Of a stretch of 64,000 nt of DNA, positions 59,671-64,000 are shown in pieces. Below the pieces are notes generated by a model that was given only the letters and a program-made list of their open reading frames with translations, ran no database searches and had not been told where the DNA came from. Origin of the DNA: a candidate division WWE3 bacterium CSP1-7 (lineage in GTDB: Bacteria > Patescibacteriota > WWE3 > 9FT-COMBO-53-11). The DNA lies in assembly GCA_001443395.1 (NCBI GenBank), contig LDXK01000001.1:64001-128000 (forward strand), given 5' to 3'. The position numbers were made by a program, and so were the translations under genes. Within the stretch, counting starts at the first letter, position 1. Each line of letters begins with the position of its first letter.

Positions 59671-61782
59671 ATGTCTACCAGATATCGCCGGCGCGCAATG
59701 AGAATCAATCTCAAGGATGAGAGCTTCCAATCCACTATCGGGATAATCCTAGTGGTCTTTTCAATCCTGGCAGTCCTCTCATTCTTTGGCCAAGCCGCCG
59801 GATTTGGTTCTTTTCTCCAGGACTACCTCAACCGGATATTCGGCTGGGGCGCTTTCATGTTCCCCATCGTGACAGGACTCCTAGGTTTGGTCCTGCTTCG
59901 CCTCAGAGTCAAAATCCCCTTTGTCGAAATTCGGATCTTCTACGGATTGGTGATCCTCTATATCTCTCTATTGGGATTGTTCCACTTCTTCTTCTCAACG
60001 GAGGTATCGCAATACCAAGCCAGTATTGGACAGGGAGGAGGCCTAACCGGTTACTATGTCCAGCTGATCCTCCGCCGCATCTTCTCGACGATCGGCGCCT
60101 TCCTTGTTCTCTCGGCCGGGGGCACCGTCGGAATCCTGGTAACGCTGAACATCTCCTTCGACGAAGCCCTATTCTATCTCGCCAAAGTCGCCCAGAAGAT
60201 TGGTCGATTGATCCAGGAAAATATCTGGCGCGGGAAAGATTTCAAGGAGCCGTTGCGGCCTTCGGTGAATAGGGAAGCATCCGAGACCAAACCCGAGGCC
60301 TCCTCGGAGGGGGAAGAAATTGAGATCGCCACCCCCTACTCCGCCCCAACCACCCAGATCACGACTCCGCGCCGCAAACTGACCTGGGAATACCCGTCGC
60401 TGGACCTGCTCAATGATCCTTCCGAAACTGCGGCCGAACGGGGTGATATCGAAAAGAACGCCCAACTGATTGAACAGACTCTGGAATCATTTGGAGTAAA
60501 AGCCCGGGTCGCTGATATCAATCTCGGCCCGACCGTTACCCAGTATGCTTTGGAGGCCGAGCGCGGCACTAAACTCTCCGCTATCACCAACCTCTCCTCC
60601 GATCTGGCTCTCGCGCTTGCTTCCAAAACCGGAACGGTCCGAATTGAGGCCCCAATTCCCGGAAAATCTCAAGTGGGGGTGGAGGTTCCCAACCTCAAAC
60701 CGCAGCTGGTCACGTTGAAAGAAATTATCACCTCGGACCAATTAGGAGAGGGGGCCCACAAACTAGCGGTTGGGTTGGGACGGGACGTTTCGGGAGCATC
60801 AATCGTTGATGATCTTGATCGAATGCCACACATTCTGATTGCGGGAGCGACCGGATCCGGTAAATCCATCATGCTTCGCACGATCCTGGCGACGATTCTT
60901 TTCCGAGCTTCCCCGGAAGAAGTTCGCCTGATCCTGGTCGACCCCAAGCGGGTAGAATTTTCCCATTACAACGGAATTCCCCACCTTCTCATGCCGGTGA
61001 TTGTCGAACCCGAAAAAACTCTCCCGGCCCTGAAGTGGGCGATGGCGGAGATGAACAAACGCTACAAACTTTTCCAAGAATCGGGAGTTCGCGACATCGG
61101 TGATTACAACGAAAAGGCCGAGGAAAAAATGCCCTACGTTCTGATCGTGGTCGACGAACTCGCCGATATCATGGTCGTCGCTCCGGCCGAAGTGGAGAAA
61201 GCTATCACCCGCCTGGCCCAGATGGCCCGGGCCACAGGATTGCACTTGATTCTGGCAACCCAGCGTCCCTCCACCGACGTTCTCACCGGATTGATTAAAG
61301 CAAACATCCCCTGCCGCATCGCCTTCAATGTCACTTCCCAAATTGACTCGCGAGTAGTTCTCGACATGCCGGGAGCGGAAAAACTGCTTGGCAAAGGAGA
61401 CATGCTCTACCTTCCCCCCGATCGCTCCAAACCGATTCGAATCCAGAGTCCTTTTGTCTCAAACGAGGAGATGAACCGGCTCCTCGAGTTCCTCAAAAAT
61501 TCAGGATGGGCCCCCGACTATGTCGTGGAAGAGCAGGTGGAAGAGATGGAGCGACAGGTCGAAAGGATGGGAGAGCCGACCGATCCCCTCTTCGCTGAAG
61601 CGGTTGAAATTGTGATCCAATACGAGCGGGCCTCGGCTTCCCTCCTGCAGCGCCGCCTCTCGATCGGCTACGCCCGCGCGGCTCGGATTCTGGATGAGTT
61701 GGAAACGCGGGGAATCGTGGGGCCGGCGGAGGGCAGCAAACCCCGAGAGGTATTGCGGCGCAATACCGAGGAGATACTCTGA
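59671..61782 (+). CDS. ftsK: DNA translocase FtsK/SpoIIIE
   Basis: N-terminal transmembrane domain, GATGSGKS, DELAD, ATQRP, gamma domain SLLQRRLSIGYARAAR. Confidence 0.97.
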   Translation: MSTRYRRRAMRINLKDESFQSTIGIILVVFSILAVLSFFGQAAGFGSFLQDYLNRIFGWGAFMFPIVTGLLGLVLLRLRVKIPFVEIRIFYGLVILYISLLGLFHFFFSTEVSQYQASIGQGGGLTGYYVQLILRRIFSTIGAFLVLSAGGTVGILVTLNISFDEALFYLAKVAQKIGRLIQENIWRGKDFKEPLRPSVNREASETKPEASSEGEEIEIATPYSAPTTQITTPRRKLTWEYPSLDLLNDPSETAAERGDIEKNAQLIEQTLESFGVKARVADINLGPTVTQYALEAERGTKLSAITNLSSDLALALASKTGTVRIEAPIPGKSQVGVEVPNLKPQLVTLKEIITSDQLGEGAHKLAVGLGRDVSGASIVDDLDRMPHILIAGATGSGKSIMLRTILATILFRASPEEVRLILVDPKRVEFSHYNGIPHLLMPVIVEPEKTLPALKWAMAEMNKRYKLFQESGVRDIGDYNEKAEEKMPYVLIVVDELADIMVVAPAEVEKAITRLAQMARATGLHLILATQRPSTDVLTGLIKANIPCRIAFNVTSQIDSRVVLDMPGAEKLLGKGDMLYLPPDRSKPIRIQSPFVSNEEMNRLLEFLKNSGWAPDYVVEEQVEEMERQVERMGEPTDPLFAEAVEIVIQYERASASLLQRRLSIGYARAARILDELETRGIVGPAEGSKPREVLRRNTEEIL

Positions 61783-61946
61783 GGCAAAGACGTTACTGAA
61801 TTTATTGCCGTTGCTCTTTCGCTTTTGTTATTCTGAATCTAGACCACGTCTGCCCCGCGATCAAGGAGCGTAAAGCCGCATCCAATGTTTCGTCCGAGCT
61901 TCACTCGAGCGGAGCATAGTGCGCCTCGCCACGCTCGTGTTGCACT

Positions 61947-62225
61947 ATGACAGAAACACTTCTTTTGGTAGTTATCGCTCTACTCACGGTCAACATCCTC
62001 TTTGTGGGAGTTTATATTGTTCTAGTCCTCAAGGAAGTCCGCCAAGCGGTCTCAAAAATGAACCAAATTCTGGACAGCTTTTCGACGATCTCGACCGCCA
62101 TCGCCAACCCCGTTTCCAGCGCTTCCGGATTCTTCTCGGCGGTGGTAGAAGGCGTCAAGGCGTTCCACAAAATCCAAGATGTGGTTGGCAGCCACAAGGG
62201 GGAGGAAATTGATGGAACAGAATAA
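61947..62225 (+). CDS. Small membrane protein (DUF948-like)
   Basis: N-terminal transmembrane helix plus amphipathic helix; precedes the YtxH gene. Confidence 0.65.
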   Translation: MTETLLLVVIALLTVNILFVGVYIVLVLKEVRQAVSKMNQILDSFSTISTAIANPVSSASGFFSAVVEGVKAFHKIQDVVGSHKGEEIDGTE

Positions 62226-62649
62226 TAACGGGGGGTTCAACCAGTTTGCGGTCGGATTGGTGGTCGGGGCGATCTTGGGAGTTCTCTACGCTCCCAAGGA
62301 GGGTAAAGAATCTCGGCAGGCCCTCAAGGAACTTCTTAAAGTTTGGGAAGAAAAAGCCGGAGAGATAACCGGAGAGGTTAAGGAAAAGGTGGTCGAGGTC
62401 CGGGAGGCTGCCCAACCAATCATCAACGAGATCAGGCCAATCGTGCAGGAAAAAGTGAGCCAAGCCGCGGAGCTAATTGAACCGATCGCTCAGGATGTCG
62501 CCAAAGAAACCGAAGAAAAAATGGCCGAGGTTGTCGACCCGGTAATTGAAAGGGCTAAGGCCGAACTTAATCAAACAGTGGAACAGGTTCGTCAAGAAAT
62601 CCGAGAAAACATCCAGAAGCCCCATCCCAAATTCTTCCGAGGAGTTTAA
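62212..62649 (+). CDS. YtxH-domain protein
   Basis: FAVGLVVGAILGVLYAPKEGKESR. Confidence 0.85.
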   Translation: MEQNNNGGFNQFAVGLVVGAILGVLYAPKEGKESRQALKELLKVWEEKAGEITGEVKEKVVEVREAAQPIINEIRPIVQEKVSQAAELIEPIAQDVAKETEEKMAEVVDPVIERAKAELNQTVEQVRQEIRENIQKPHPKFFRGV

Positions 62650-62653
62650 AGCA

Positions 62654-62688
62654 AAAATGGACGGCCGCCCGAGGCGACCTAGCATTTT
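62654..62688. repeat. GAC/TAG hairpin element, copy 15
   Basis: aaaatg-GAC-g-gccgcc-cga-ggcgac-c-TAG-catttt. Confidence 0.88.
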
Positions 62689-62705
62689 CTGTTGAAAACA
62701 AAAAT

Positions 62706-62823
62706 GTTCCGGCGATGACCTGCTCTCCCAGACCCGAAGGCCAAGTACCATCAGCGCTAGAGGCTTTTACGACCGAGTTCGGAATGGGATCGGGTAGTTC
62801 ACCTCCGCTCAAATCACCAGAAC
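62706..62823 (-). rRNA. rrf: 5S rRNA
   Basis: Reverse complement contains ACCCGATCCCATTCCGAACTCGG...GATGGTACT...GGGAGAGCAGG. Confidence 0.96.
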
Positions 62824-62840
62824 ATTTCTACCTTCAAGGT

Positions 62841-62875
62841 AAAATGCTAGCTCTGTTTCTTCAGAGCGTCCAATT
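62841..62875. repeat. GAC/TAG hairpin element, copy 16
   Basis: aaaatg-CTA-g-ctctg-tttctt-cagag-c-GTC-caatt. Confidence 0.88.
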
Positions 62876-62933
62876 CTGCCTCCAAGCAAAACACTAGCTC
62901 TGCTTGGTCAAAGCGGAACTGATAGCGGAAAAG

Positions 62934-64000
<1,067 letters not shown>

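Overview
Core-genome segment of a Patescibacteria (CPR) bacterium; a WWE3/Microgenomates-like affiliation is inferred from gene content and reduced proteins, not proven. Most genes are on the minus strand: recJ-secF-secD, a comM-like ATPase, RNase P RNA, HU-ymdB-rny-recA, tRNA-Pro(GGG), sod, the S10-spc-alpha ribosomal protein clusters, tuf, fusA, rpsG-rpsL-rpoC-rpoB, mltG, ruvX, alaS, ftsK, 5S rRNA and the 3' part of 23S rRNA. The strongest unexplained signals are: (1) about 16 dispersed copies of a ~33-bp hairpin element with covarying stems around a near-invariant GAC/TAG internal loop, found in both orientations, once in-frame inside rplM and flanking the 5S gene; (2) a self-contained unit at 58.1-59.6 kb made of a near-consensus promoter, ~600 nt of densely structured RNA, an orphan ORF and a multi-hairpin 3' end; (3) a duplicated fusA 3' end that carries the tuf promoter; (4) an AT-richer island beside rpoB with a NUDIX-methyltransferase fusion, a dTMP-kinase-like gene and two non-canonical Gre factors; (5) tandem HExxE-domain/C39 peptidase fusions splitting the str operon; (6) truncated RpoA, uL15 and uL3. 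All analysis was by eye, and several start codons were adjusted from the ORF track.
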